From the sequence record SRR20825019_1299: DNA of 34,932 nucleotides. The stretch is one strand, 5' to 3'. The notes beneath the pieces are model-generated. The model did not search any database. It saw only the letters and a program-made list of their open reading frames with translations, and had not been told where the DNA came from. This document shows positions 10,654-18,870 of this stretch, one piece after another (position 1 is the stretch's first letter; each line of letters starts with the position of its first letter). Position numbers and translations under genes: made by a program.

Positions 10654-10685
10654 TTTGCTATTCTAACTAACAAGCGTTAGTTTTG
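10654..10685 (+). promoter_or_regulatory. paa operon promoter with overlapping palindromic operator
   Basis: TTTG (10654-10657), 20-nt spacer, TAGTTTTG (10678-10685). Perfect inverted repeat AACTAAC-AAGC-GTTAGTT (10665-10682) overlaps the -7 box. Confidence 0.75.
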
Positions 10686-10709
10686 TTAACCTAATTTTAT
10701 AAAATAAAC

Positions 10710-11783
10710 GTGGCGAAGTTTCATAAATTAAAAATAAAGGACGTTTACAAAGAGACGGATGATTGTTCGGTTATCACTTTTGACGTGCCGAAAAATCTGG
10801 CTGAAGAATTTCAATTCCGCCAAGGGCAACATTTAACATTAAAAGCAGATATAGACGGCAATGACACGCGTCGCTCCTATAGTTTGTGTTCCAGCCCAAC
10901 TGATAATGAATGGAAAGTTGCGGTAAAGACAATTCCCGAAGGAAAATTTTCAAATTTTGTAAATTCAGAATTGAAAATTAACGACACTTTGGAAGTGATG
11001 GTGCCTAGCGGAACATTTGGGGTGGATGTAAACCCTACTGCATCAAAAAACTATCTTTTTTTTGCTGCAGGAAGCGGAATTACTCCCGTGCTTTCTATGA
11101 TTAAAACACATTTGGCACTAGAGCCTAATGCAACCTGCAAGTTGTTTTATGTGAATAGAACCGCAAAATCCATTATCTTTAAAGAAGCTTTGGAACAGTT
11201 GCGAAATGAATATTTCGGACGCCTTGAAATTTATTATTTTCTAACGAAGGAACGACGCGATATTGAACTTTTCAACGGTCGTTTTGATGATGAAAAGATG
11301 CAAGTTTTAACGAAGAATTTCATAGATATTCCTGATACCAGCGAAGTGTTTTTATGTGGCCCCGAAGAAATGGTAAATTATGTAAGCAATTACTTAATTG
11401 AAGCTGGACTTCCGAAGAAAATGATTCATTTTGAATTATTTGTAACAGGTTTAACCGAAGAAGATAAACAGCGTGCCGAGCGTTTAGCGAAACAAAATGT
11501 AGCTGGCGTTGAAGTAACAATTGTTGATGCGGGGAAAGAGTTCCAGTTTACAATGACCAAGGATTATGATAATATTCTTGATGCGGCATTGGCTGCGGGT
11601 GCAGATTTGCCTTTCGCATGCAAGGGCGGTGTTTGTAGCACTTGCAAATGTGAAGTTTTAGAAGGCAGCGTAGAGATGAAAATAAATTATGCTTTAGAAG
11701 AAAAAGAAGTGGCGCAAAACTTTGTGTTAAGTTGCCAAGCCGTTCCAACTTCAGAAAAAGTAAAAGTAGATTTTGATGTATAA
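10710..11783 (+). CDS. paaE: Phenylacetyl-CoA epoxidase reductase subunit (FAD/NAD(P)H/2Fe-2S)
   Basis: RRSYSLCS FAD motif, AAGSGITP, LCGP, C-terminal ferredoxin ACKGGVCSTCKC..LSCQ; GTG start. Confidence 0.93.
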   Translation: MAKFHKLKIKDVYKETDDCSVITFDVPKNLAEEFQFRQGQHLTLKADIDGNDTRRSYSLCSSPTDNEWKVAVKTIPEGKFSNFVNSELKINDTLEVMVPSGTFGVDVNPTASKNYLFFAAGSGITPVLSMIKTHLALEPNATCKLFYVNRTAKSIIFKEALEQLRNEYFGRLEIYYFLTKERRDIELFNGRFDDEKMQVLTKNFIDIPDTSEVFLCGPEEMVNYVSNYLIEAGLPKKMIHFELFVTGLTEEDKQRAERLAKQNVAGVEVTIVDAGKEFQFTMTKDYDNILDAALAAGADLPFACKGGVCSTCKCEVLEGSVEMKINYALEEKEVAQNFVLSCQAVPTSEKVKVDFDV

Positions 11784-11784
11784 T

Positions 11785-11819
11785 AGCTTTAAGCTTTAAG
11801 CTTACAGCCTTAAGCTAAT
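11785..11819. repeat. Heptamer tandem array, paaE/paaA junction
   Basis: AGCTTTA AGCTTTA AGCTTAC AGCCTTA AGCTAAT fills almost the whole spacer. Confidence 0.85.
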
Positions 11820-11822
11820 AGT

Positions 11823-12779
11823 ATGAATGAAAAGGAAATAAAGAATTTAGAGGAAATTTTTGAAGCTCGCATAGCGCGTGATGAAAAAATAGAGCCGAAA
11901 GATTGGATGCCAGAAAAATACCGACAAACGCATATTCGGCAAATGAGCCAACACGCACATTCCGAAATTATTGGGATGCTTCCTGAAGGAAACTGGATTA
12001 CTCGAGCGCCTTCTTTACGAAGAAAAGCGGCATTGCTTGCGAAAGTTCAGGATGAAGCTGGCCACGGTCTTTACTTGTATTCAGCTTGTGAAACTTTAGG
12101 GATTTCTAGAGATGAATTGTATGAACAACTACATAGTGGAAAGGCAAAATACTCTTCAATTTTCAATTACCCCACCATCACTTGGGCAGATATGGGCGCG
12201 ATAGGTTGGTTGGTAGATGGTGCAGCAATTATAAATCAGGTACCGCTTTGTAATACTTCATTCGGACCTTATGCACGTGCAATGGTGCGAGTTTGTAAGG
12301 AAGAAAGTTTTCACCAGCGCCAAGGTTTCGAAATTATGCTAACCCTTTGTCGTGGCACTGAAGAGCAAAAAGCAATGGCGCAAGATGCGCTTAATCGTTG
12401 GTGGTGGCCAAGTTTAATGATGTTGGGACCAACTGATGCGGAATCCATTCACACCGAACAATCGATGAAATGGAAGTTGAAACGAAAAAGTAACGACGAA
12501 TTACGTCAGCAATTTATAGATCAAACTGTGCCACAAGCAGATCTTTTAGGGATTACAGTTCCAGATCCAGATTTGAAATGGAATGAAGAAACAGGTCATT
12601 ATGATTTTGGTGCAATAAACTGGGATGAATTTTGGCAAGTGGTAAAAGGCCATGGTCCTTGTAATAAAGAGCGAATGAAAGCGAGAGTTGATGCATGGGA
12701 AAATGGAGAATGGGTTCGCGATGCGGCTATGGCATACGCAGAAAAAAATACAACTAAAAAAGTAGCAAAAGCAAGTTAA
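11823..12779 (+). CDS. paaA: 1,2-phenylacetyl-CoA epoxidase subunit A
   Basis: [18 protein letters not shown], di-iron motifs QDEAGHG and KEESFH. Confidence 0.97.
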   Translation: MNEKEIKNLEEIFEARIARDEKIEPKDWMPEKYRQTHIRQMSQHAHSEIIGMLPEGNWITRAPSLRRKAALLAKVQDEAGHGLYLYSACETLGISRDELYEQLHSGKAKYSSIFNYPTITWADMGAIGWLVDGAAIINQVPLCNTSFGPYARAMVRVCKEESFHQRQGFEIMLTLCRGTEEQKAMAQDALNRWWWPSLMMLGPTDAESIHTEQSMKWKLKRKSNDELRQQFIDQTVPQADLLGITVPDPDLKWNEETGHYDFGAINWDEFWQVVKGHGPCNKERMKARVDAWENGEWVRDAAMAYAEKNTTKKVAKAS

Positions 12780-12780
12780 A

Positions 12781-12844
12781 TAGACGTAAAGCGTGAGATT
12801 TAATACGTGAATAAAGTGTCTAAAATCTAAAATCTAATGTCTGA
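12781..12844. repeat. Empty inverted heptamer array pair, paaA/paaB junction
   Basis: Left TAGACGT AAAGCGT GAGATTT AATACGT; right TGTCTAA AATCTAA AATCTAA TGTCTGA (reverse complement TTAGACA/TTAGATT). paaB ATG lies in the right arm. Confidence 0.7.
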
Positions 12845-13130
12845 TAATAAAAAAAACTGGCCCCTTTGGGAAATATTTGTCCGCAGTAAAAATGGATTAG
12901 AGCATCGTCATTTTGGTAGCCTTCATGCAACCGATGCAGAAATGGCAATGGAAAATGCGCGCGATGTTTACACACGTAGAAACGAAGGTGTGAGTATTTG
13001 GGTGGTGGAAAGTAAAAATATTACCGCTTCAAATCCACAAGATAATGGTGAAATGTTTGAGCCTGCACAAGATAAAGTATACCGTCACCCCACTTTTTAT
13101 GATTTACCAGACGAGGTGAAGCATATGTAA
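12837..13130 (+). CDS. paaB: 1,2-phenylacetyl-CoA epoxidase subunit B
   Basis: WPLWEIFVRS..GSLHA..ARDVYTRRNEGVSIWVV..YRHPTFY. Confidence 0.97.
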   Translation: MSDNKKNWPLWEIFVRSKNGLEHRHFGSLHATDAEMAMENARDVYTRRNEGVSIWVVESKNITASNPQDNGEMFEPAQDKVYRHPTFYDLPDEVKHM

Positions 13131-13142
13131 GTTGAAAGGGGG

Positions 13143-13579
13143 TTAGGAAATAGGTATTTGGAATTTGTGATTATGAATAGTAAATATCATTTTAAGTTTG
13201 AAGATTTAAATGTCTACCAAAAAGCGATAGATTTTGGAGAATTAATTCATGCTCAAGTTTTAAAATTCCCTCAATACGAATTGTATGCGCTAACTTCTCA
13301 ATTTAGAAGAGCAGCAGATTCAATTGCTTTAAATATTTCCGAAGGATATCCTGGAAGCGACCCTCAATTCATTAAACATATTAATTATGCTATATATAGT
13401 TCTAACGAGTGTGTTTCTTGTAGTACAAAAGCAAAAAGAAGAAGTTATATTTCTAATGAAGAAGATGAAGAAAATAGAAAGTGTTTATCAGAACTAACAA
13501 AAATGCTTTCATCTTTAAGAAATAAAATTAAAGAACGAACTAATGCCTAATCCCACAATACCTAATGCCTTATTACAAA
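13143..13579 (+). mobile_element. Putative cassette 1: four-helix-bundle gene between inverted heptamer arrays
   Basis: Left arm TTAGGAA ATAGGTA TTTGGAA TTTGTGA TTATGAA (13143-13177); right arm TGCCTAA TCCCACAA TACCTAA TGCCTTA TTACAAA (13544-13579). Mobility is inferred. Confidence 0.6.
13173..13550 (+). CDS. Four helix bundle protein (23S rRNA intervening-sequence protein / Avd-like family)
   Basis: FEDLNVYQKA..FPQYELYALTSQFRRAADSIALNISEG..F...A..S..E signature. ATG 13173 preferred over TTG 13158, which only translates the repeat arm. Confidence 0.9.
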   Translation: MNSKYHFKFEDLNVYQKAIDFGELIHAQVLKFPQYELYALTSQFRRAADSIALNISEGYPGSDPQFIKHINYAIYSSNECVSCSTKAKRRSYISNEEDEENRKCLSELTKMLSSLRNKIKERTNA

Positions 13580-14334
13580 TGAAAAATCAAAATTTATACA
13601 ATTACATCCTTACAATTGCAGACAATTCTTTGATTCTTGCACAACGATTAGGTGAGCTTTGTGGGCACGGACCTAATTTGGAAACCGATATAGCACTTAC
13701 TAATATTTCGTTAGATTTATTAGGGCAAACAAGAAGCTACTACCAATATGCTGCAAAAATTTCCGAAGAAAATAAAACAGAAGACGATATTGCTTTCCTA
13801 AGAATTGAAAGAGAATATAAAAATTGCCTGCTTGTTGAACAACCAAATACCCATTTTGGATATGTAATTGGAAGACAGTTTTTGTTCGATGTTTATCATT
13901 TGTTGCTAATGGAAAAATTGCAAGATAGTAAAGATGAAATTCTAACTTCAATAGCCAAAAAAGGAATTAAGGAAGTAAGTTATCACAAACGATTTTCTGG
14001 TGATTGGGTGAAGCGTTTAGGAGATGGAACTGAGGAAAGCAACCAAAAAATGCAAGAAGCAATCAATGACCTTTGGCGATTTACGGATGAACTTTTTTAT
14101 ATCACAGAAGCTGAAAAAACAATGATTGAAGAAGGTATTGGTATTGATATTTCAGCCTTTAAAGAAAAATATTACGCCGAAGTTTCTGAGTTGTTAGAAG
14201 AAGCAACACTTACTGTTCCTGAAAATAAATATTTTACAAAAGGCGGGAAAGAAGGAATTCACAGCGAACATATGGGCTATCTACTCGCAGAATTGCAATA
14301 TATGCAACGTACGTACCCGAATATGACTTGGTAG
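13579..14334 (+). CDS. paaC: 1,2-phenylacetyl-CoA epoxidase subunit C
   Basis: ADNSLILAQRL.E.CGHGP.LE.DIA, KEVSYH, G.HSEHMGYLLAELQYMQR.YP..W. Start moved to ATG 13579 because the upstream 12 codons are repeat arm. Confidence 0.95.
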   Translation: MKNQNLYNYILTIADNSLILAQRLGELCGHGPNLETDIALTNISLDLLGQTRSYYQYAAKISEENKTEDDIAFLRIEREYKNCLLVEQPNTHFGYVIGRQFLFDVYHLLLMEKLQDSKDEILTSIAKKGIKEVSYHKRFSGDWVKRLGDGTEESNQKMQEAINDLWRFTDELFYITEAEKTMIEEGIGIDISAFKEKYYAEVSELLEEATLTVPENKYFTKGGKEGIHSEHMGYLLAELQYMQRTYPNMTW

Positions 14335-14787
14335 TCAATTCTCAACTAACAATTTTCAATTCTAAAAAAATAATTATGGAAAGGAATTTTGATTTAGAAG
14401 ATAGACTTATAGATTTTGCAATTATTTGTATAAAGTTATTTGCAAAAGTTGAATACAATTATGCTTTAGACCATTTGTCAAAAACAACTAATAAAGTCTT
14501 CAACTGGAACCGCTTTAAATTATGGAGAAGTACAAGGAGCGGAGTCTGCTAAAGATTTTATTTAAAATGGGCATTGTACTTAAAGAGTTAAAAGAGTCCA
14601 AAGTAAATTTGAAAATTCAAATTGGAACCGAAATATTAAAAGATATAGAGAAGGCTCAATTTGGTTTAAAAGAATGTGAAGAATTAGTGGCGATTTTCGC
14701 TAAAAGTATAAAAACTGCAAAAGCAAAAAAATAATTAAGCATTGAATATTGTTAGTTGAAAATTGAGCCTTGAAAATTGAATATTTA
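14335..14787 (+). mobile_element. Putative cassette 2: four-helix-bundle pseudogene between inverted heptamer arrays
   Basis: Left TCAATTC TCAACTA ACAATTT TCAATTC (14335-14362) matches the reverse complement of GCATTGA ATATTGT TAGTTGA AAATTGA (14739-14766) at 25/28; the right arm continues to about 14787. Mobility is inferred. Confidence 0.65.
14376..14734 (+). pseudogene. Four helix bundle protein gene with two frameshifts
   Basis: Joined translation MERNFDLEDRLIDFA..DHLSK / QLIKSSTGTALNYGEVQGAESAKDFI / KMGIVLKELKESKVNLKI..EELVAIFAKSIKTAK; shifts at the A-run 14480-14484 and at about 14563. Confidence 0.88.
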
Positions 14788-15270
14788 AATATCGAAAGTC
14801 ATTTAATTGAAACATTATCATCCGTTTCTGATCCGGAAATTCCTGTGCTTTCAGTTTTAGATTTGGGTGTTATTCGTGAAGCAGTTGAGGAAAATGGTAT
14901 TGTGAACATAAAGTTGACGCCAACCTATTCTGGCTGCCCAGCAATGGATGTAATTGGAGATGATTTAAGAACGGCTTTTTTAGAAATTGGTAAAGAAGCA
15001 AAGGTTGAGTTAATCCTTTCACCAGCTTGGTCCACAGATTGGATTAGTGAAGAAGGGCTCCTAAAGATGGAGGAATATGGCATTGCCAGACCACTATCAG
15101 AACTTCACGATAAAGATGTTTTGTTAGGAGATAAAAAACACGTAAAATGTCCGCAATGCGGAAGTACAAATACCCATTTAGTTAGTCAATTTGGTTCTAC
15201 TGCATGCAAAGCACTTTTTAAATGTGACGATTGCCTAGAGCCGTTTGATTATTTTAAATGTTTGAAATAA
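14770..15270 (+). CDS. paaD: 1,2-phenylacetyl-CoA epoxidase subunit D
   Basis: V.DPEIPVLSV.DLG, TPTYSGCPA, WSTDWI, CPQCGS..FGSTACKALFKCDDC.EPFDYFK. TTG start lies in the repeat arm and is uncertain. Confidence 0.93.
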   Translation: MKIEYLNIESHLIETLSSVSDPEIPVLSVLDLGVIREAVEENGIVNIKLTPTYSGCPAMDVIGDDLRTAFLEIGKEAKVELILSPAWSTDWISEEGLLKMEEYGIARPLSELHDKDVLLGDKKHVKCPQCGSTNTHLVSQFGSTACKALFKCDDCLEPFDYFKCLK

Positions 15271-15355
15271 AATGAATAATGAATAATGAAAAATGAAAAA
15301 TGAAAAAGCTTATTAAAAAACTTCATCATTTAGTTCTTCAGGTTCAATATTAAAT
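15271..15355. repeat. Empty inverted heptamer array pair, paaD/paaG junction
   Basis: Left AATGAAT x2 then AATGAAA x3 (15271-15305), starting right after the paaD stop; degenerate right arm CTTCATC ATTTAGT TCTTCAG GTTCAAT ATTAAAT (15321-15355). Confidence 0.8.
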
Positions 15356-15361
15356 AATATT

Positions 15362-16144
15362 ATGAGTAAAAGCATAACTACCCTTATAGAAAACAAAGTA
15401 GCAACTTTAACCTTAAACCGGCCAGAGGTTTTTAATAGTTTCAACCGTGAAATGGCGTTGTTACTACAAACCGAATTGGACGCTGCTGAAAAAAATCCAG
15501 ATGTTCGCGCAATTATAATTACAGGAAATGGAAAAGCATTTTGTGCAGGACAGGATTTAAAAGAAGTTACATCGCCTGAATTGAACCCTGGTTTCAAAAA
15601 AATTCTGGAGGAACATTACAATCCAATTATTTCCCGTATTCGAAATATTGAAAAACCGATAATTGGAGCAATTAATGGTGTAGCAGCTGGAGCTGGTGCA
15701 AATATTGCTTTGGCGTGCGATGTAGTTATTGCTTCTGAAAACGCAAGTTTTATTCAAGCTTTTAGTAAAATTGGCTTGGTTCCGGACAGTGCAGGCACAT
15801 TCTTTTTGCCCCGTTTAATTGGTTTTCAAAAAGCATCAGCTTTAATGATGTTGGGCGATAAAGTTTCTGCCGAACAGGCGGAAAAACTTGGGATGGTTTA
15901 TAAAGTAGTTTCTTTAGAAAACTTTATTGAAGAAGTAAACAATATAGCTTTAATAATGGCAAATATGCCTACCAAAGCATTGGGATTAACCAAACGTTTG
16001 CTAAATAATTCAATGCAAAATTCTTTGGAAGAACAACTAAATATGGAGAGCAAACTTCAAATAGAAGCTGCCCAAAGTGAAGATTATGCAGAAGGAGTTG
16101 ATGCATTTGTGAGCAAACGAAAGCCAAATTTTAAAGGAAAATAA
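15362..16144 (+). CDS. paaG: 2-(1,2-epoxy-1,2-dihydrophenyl)acetyl-CoA isomerase (crotonase family)
   Basis: AFCAGQDL, GVAAGAGANIALACD, QAFSKIGLVPDSAG with the PaaG-type catalytic Asp; operon context. Confidence 0.9.
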   Translation: MSKSITTLIENKVATLTLNRPEVFNSFNREMALLLQTELDAAEKNPDVRAIIITGNGKAFCAGQDLKEVTSPELNPGFKKILEEHYNPIISRIRNIEKPIIGAINGVAAGAGANIALACDVVIASENASFIQAFSKIGLVPDSAGTFFLPRLIGFQKASALMMLGDKVSAEQAEKLGMVYKVVSLENFIEEVNNIALIMANMPTKALGLTKRLLNNSMQNSLEEQLNMESKLQIEAAQSEDYAEGVDAFVSKRKPNFKGK

Positions 16145-16232
16145 TTGACACCTTGCTTATAGAAAACAATGAATTATGTTTAATTTTTGTTGCGAGTATT
16201 AAAACTTCAACAAAAAAATAATATTTAATAAT

Positions 16233-17438
16233 TTGGAAAATCAAAAATCAGAAATTGGTAATCAACAATCGTTAATCAAGTTTGTTGGAATTATAGGAAG
16301 CGGAACAATGGGAAGTGGTATTGCGCAAGTAGCCGCCACTGCTGGGTGTTCTGTGAAATTATACGATACAAATGATGAAGCTTTAGAAAAAGCTAAAGCA
16401 GCTTTGGAAAAAATAATGAGTCGTTTGGTGGAGAAGGGAAAAATTGATTCCAAAGAAAAAGAACGAATTCAGGGTAATATTAAATATGTAAACTCTCTTA
16501 AAGATTTAAAAGATTCAGATTTAACAATTGAAGCAATTGTTGAAAATTTAGCTGTTAAAAAGAATGTTTTTTCAACCTTAGAAAAATTTGTTTCCGAGAA
16601 ATGTATCATTGCTTCAAACACATCTTCATTGTCAATCGCATCAATTGCTTCGTCACTTGAAAAACCAGAGCGTTGCGTTGGGATTCACTTTTTTAATCCA
16701 GCGCCTCTAATGAAGTTGGTGGAGGTAATTCCCGCAATACAAACTTCCGAAGAAACACTTCAAAAATCTGTAGAAACTATAAAAAATTGGGAAAAAACGG
16801 TTGCCGTTGCTAAGGACACCCCAGGTTTTATTGTAAATCGGGTAGCGCGTCCATTTTATGGTGAGGCCTTGCGTATTTATGAAGAAGGAATTGCCGATTT
16901 TGCAACTATTGATGATGCAATGAAAGAAATTGGTAATTTTAGAATGGGCCCCTTTGAGTTAATGGATTTTATAGGAAATGATGTTAATTATACCGTGACC
17001 GAAACCGTTTTTGAGGCATTTTATTACGATCCGCGATACAAGCCTTCCTTTACCCAAAAACGTTTTTCCGAAGCGGGTTACTTAGGAAGAAAATCTGGCC
17101 GTGGCTATTATAATTATTCCGAAAATGCAGAAAAAAAGCAAGCTGTTATAAACGATGGATTAAATGTTGAAGTTGAGGTTTTTGATAGAATATTAGTAAT
17201 GCTAATCAATGAGGCTGCTGATGCACTTTTTTGGAATATAGCTTCTGCGGAAGATATTGATAATGCAATGACCAAAGGTGTTAATTACCCAAAAGGTTTG
17301 TTAGCTTGGGCAAATGAAAAAGGTATCGATTGGTGTGTAAATAAAATGGATGAATTATACGCTACTTATCATGAAGATAGATATCGTTGTTCTCCGTTAC
17401 TTCGGAAAATGAACCTTGAAAACAAAACATTCTTTTAA
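16233..17438 (+). CDS. paaH: 3-hydroxyacyl(adipyl)-CoA dehydrogenase
   Basis: GIIGSGTMGSGIA Rossmann motif, SNTSSLSI, GIHFFNP, duplicated C-terminal domain; TTG start uncertain. Confidence 0.9.
   Translation: MENQKSEIGNQQSLIKFVGIIGSGTMGSGIAQVAATAGCSVKLYDTNDEALEKAKAALEKIMSRLVEKGKIDSKEKERIQGNIKYVNSLKDLKDSDLTIEAIVENLAVKKNVFSTLEKFVSEKCIIASNTSSLSIASIASSLEKPERCVGIHFFNPAPLMKLVEVIPAIQTSEETLQKSVETIKNWEKTVAVAKDTPGFIVNRVARPFYGEALRIYEEGIADFATIDDAMKEIGNFRMGPFELMDFIGNDVNYTVTETVFEAFYYDPRYKPSFTQKRFSEAGYLGRKSGRGYYNYSENAEKKQAVINDGLNVEVEVFDRILVMLINEAADALFWNIASAEDIDNAMTKGVNYPKGLLAWANEKGIDWCVNKMDELYATYHEDRYRCSPLLRKMNLENKTFF
16239..16280. repeat. Heptamer array inside the paaH 5' end
   Basis: AATCAAA AATCAGA AATTGGT AATCAAC AATCGTT AATCAAG. 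Confidence 0.8.
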
Positions 17439-17845
17439 TGCTAAATTCTAAAAAAATACCTGTAAAAATGCTAAGTCAAGACGCTTTTAGTTCTTGGCTC
17501 GGGATAGAGATTTTAGAAGTAGAAAAAGGTAGATGTAAAGTTGCAATGACTATACGGAAAGAGATGCTTAACAGTATGAATAAAGCCCACGGCGGCATTA
17601 GTTATAGTTTAGCAGATACCGCTTTCGGTTTTGCTGCAAATACCCACGGAAAATACGCAGTGTCCATAGAAACGTCAATAAATCATATTGAAGCACTTAA
17701 TGAAGGCGATTATCTTACAGCGGAATCGGTTATTGAAAAAGTAAATAATAAACTCGGTTTTAATATTGTTGAAGTAAAACGTGGAACTGAATTAGTTGCA
17801 CTTTTTAAAGGTGTAGTTTATAGAACAAGTAGGGATTGGGAATAA
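17438..17845 (+). CDS. paaI: PaaI family hotdog-fold thioesterase
   Basis: MLN....AHGGISYSLADTAFG motif; coupled to paaH by TAATG overlap. Confidence 0.9.
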   Translation: MLNSKKIPVKMLSQDAFSSWLGIEILEVEKGRCKVAMTIRKEMLNSMNKAHGGISYSLADTAFGFAANTHGKYAVSIETSINHIEALNEGDYLTAESVIEKVNNKLGFNIVEVKRGTELVALFKGVVYRTSRDWE

Positions 17846-17928
17846 TAGAATAGACTATGTTTTTAAAACTAAAAAAATCAAATTTAAAACTTAATTTTAA
17901 TCATCAATAATCTAAAAATATTCAAATT

Positions 17929-18789
17929 ATGAAATGGCAAGGTAGAAGACAAAGTGGTAATGTTGATGATCGACGTGGAATGAGTAAAGGTAAGATGGCT
18001 GCTGGTGGCGGAATAGCAGTAACGTTAATTGTGCTTGCCTTACAGTTTTTTGGAGGTGAAACTGGACAGCAACTAGCTCCAATTGTTGAGCAAATTGGAA
18101 ATAGCCGAACAACACAACAGGTAGAACAAAGAGAACTTACCGCTCAAGAAAAGGAGGTTGGAAACTTTGTAGCTACTGTTTTAGCAGATACAGAAGATGT
18201 TTGGGCGCAAATTTTCAGTCAAAATAATATCGGAACATACCAAGAGCCAACAATGGTTTTATTTACAGATGCTGTAAGTTCAGGCTGTGGAAATGCTAGC
18301 TCAGCTTCTGGACCGTTTTATTGTCCTGCCGATCAGAACCTGTATATGGATCTGACATTTTTTGATGAATTAAAAACTCGTTTCGGCGCTAAAGGTGGAG
18401 ATTTCGCAATTGCTTATGTAACCGCTCATGAAATTGGACATCACGTACAAACACTACTCGGAACATCCAAAAAAGTATCGCAGCTTCAGCGACAAACTAC
18501 TAAAGTAGAAGCTAATAAGCTTTCTGTTGCGTTAGAGTTACAAGCTGATTTTTATGCGGGACTTTGGGCACATTATAACCAAGAATATTTAGAAGAAGGA
18601 GATATTGAAGAAGCGCTGAGTGCAGCAAATGCAGTAGGTGATGACGCAATTCAAAAAAGAATGCAGGGCGATATTGTACCCGATAGTTTTACACATGGAA
18701 GCTCAGAACAGCGTATGAAATGGTTTATGAAAGGCTATAAAACTGGAGATATAAAACAGGGAGATACCTTTTCAGAAATATTAAATTAA
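17929..18789 (+). CDS. Neutral zinc metallopeptidase (YpfJ-like)
   Basis: MKWQGRRQS.NV.DRR, TM helix, GPFYCPAD, AHEIGHH (HExxH), ELQAD, FTHGSS.QR. Confidence 0.9.
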   Translation: MKWQGRRQSGNVDDRRGMSKGKMAAGGGIAVTLIVLALQFFGGETGQQLAPIVEQIGNSRTTQQVEQRELTAQEKEVGNFVATVLADTEDVWAQIFSQNNIGTYQEPTMVLFTDAVSSGCGNASSASGPFYCPADQNLYMDLTFFDELKTRFGAKGGDFAIAYVTAHEIGHHVQTLLGTSKKVSQLQRQTTKVEANKLSVALELQADFYAGLWAHYNQEYLEEGDIEEALSAANAVGDDAIQKRMQGDIVPDSFTHGSSEQRMKWFMKGYKTGDIKQGDTFSEILN

Positions 18790-18794
18790 ATAGG

Positions 18795-18861
18795 AACGAT
18801 TGAAGAATATCCAATTTATAAGTATGAATTTTTAATTTTATTTCAACAATCGTTAATCAAA
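18795..18861. repeat. Degenerate empty inverted heptamer pair upstream of paaJ
   Basis: Left AACGATT GAAGAAT; right TTTCAAC AATCGTT AATCAAA. AACGATTG (18795-18802) is the exact reverse complement of CAATCGTT (18847-18854). Confidence 0.6.
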
Positions 18862-18870
18862 AAAATCTTT

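Noticed and set aside
14328-14734. Two independent short genes (14328-14552 and 14522-14734)
   Set aside because: Both are fragments of one frameshifted four-helix-bundle gene.
13143-14787. Diversity-generating retroelement, given the Avd-like genes
   Set aside because: No reverse transcriptase and no template/variable repeat pair with adenine-specific mismatches seen in the window.
13143-14787. Classical IS element or rRNA intervening sequence
   Set aside because: No transposase motifs, no target-site duplications seen, and no rRNA sequence.
17846-17928. Heptamer periodicity between paaI and the peptidase
   Set aside because: Too degenerate and AT-rich to support.
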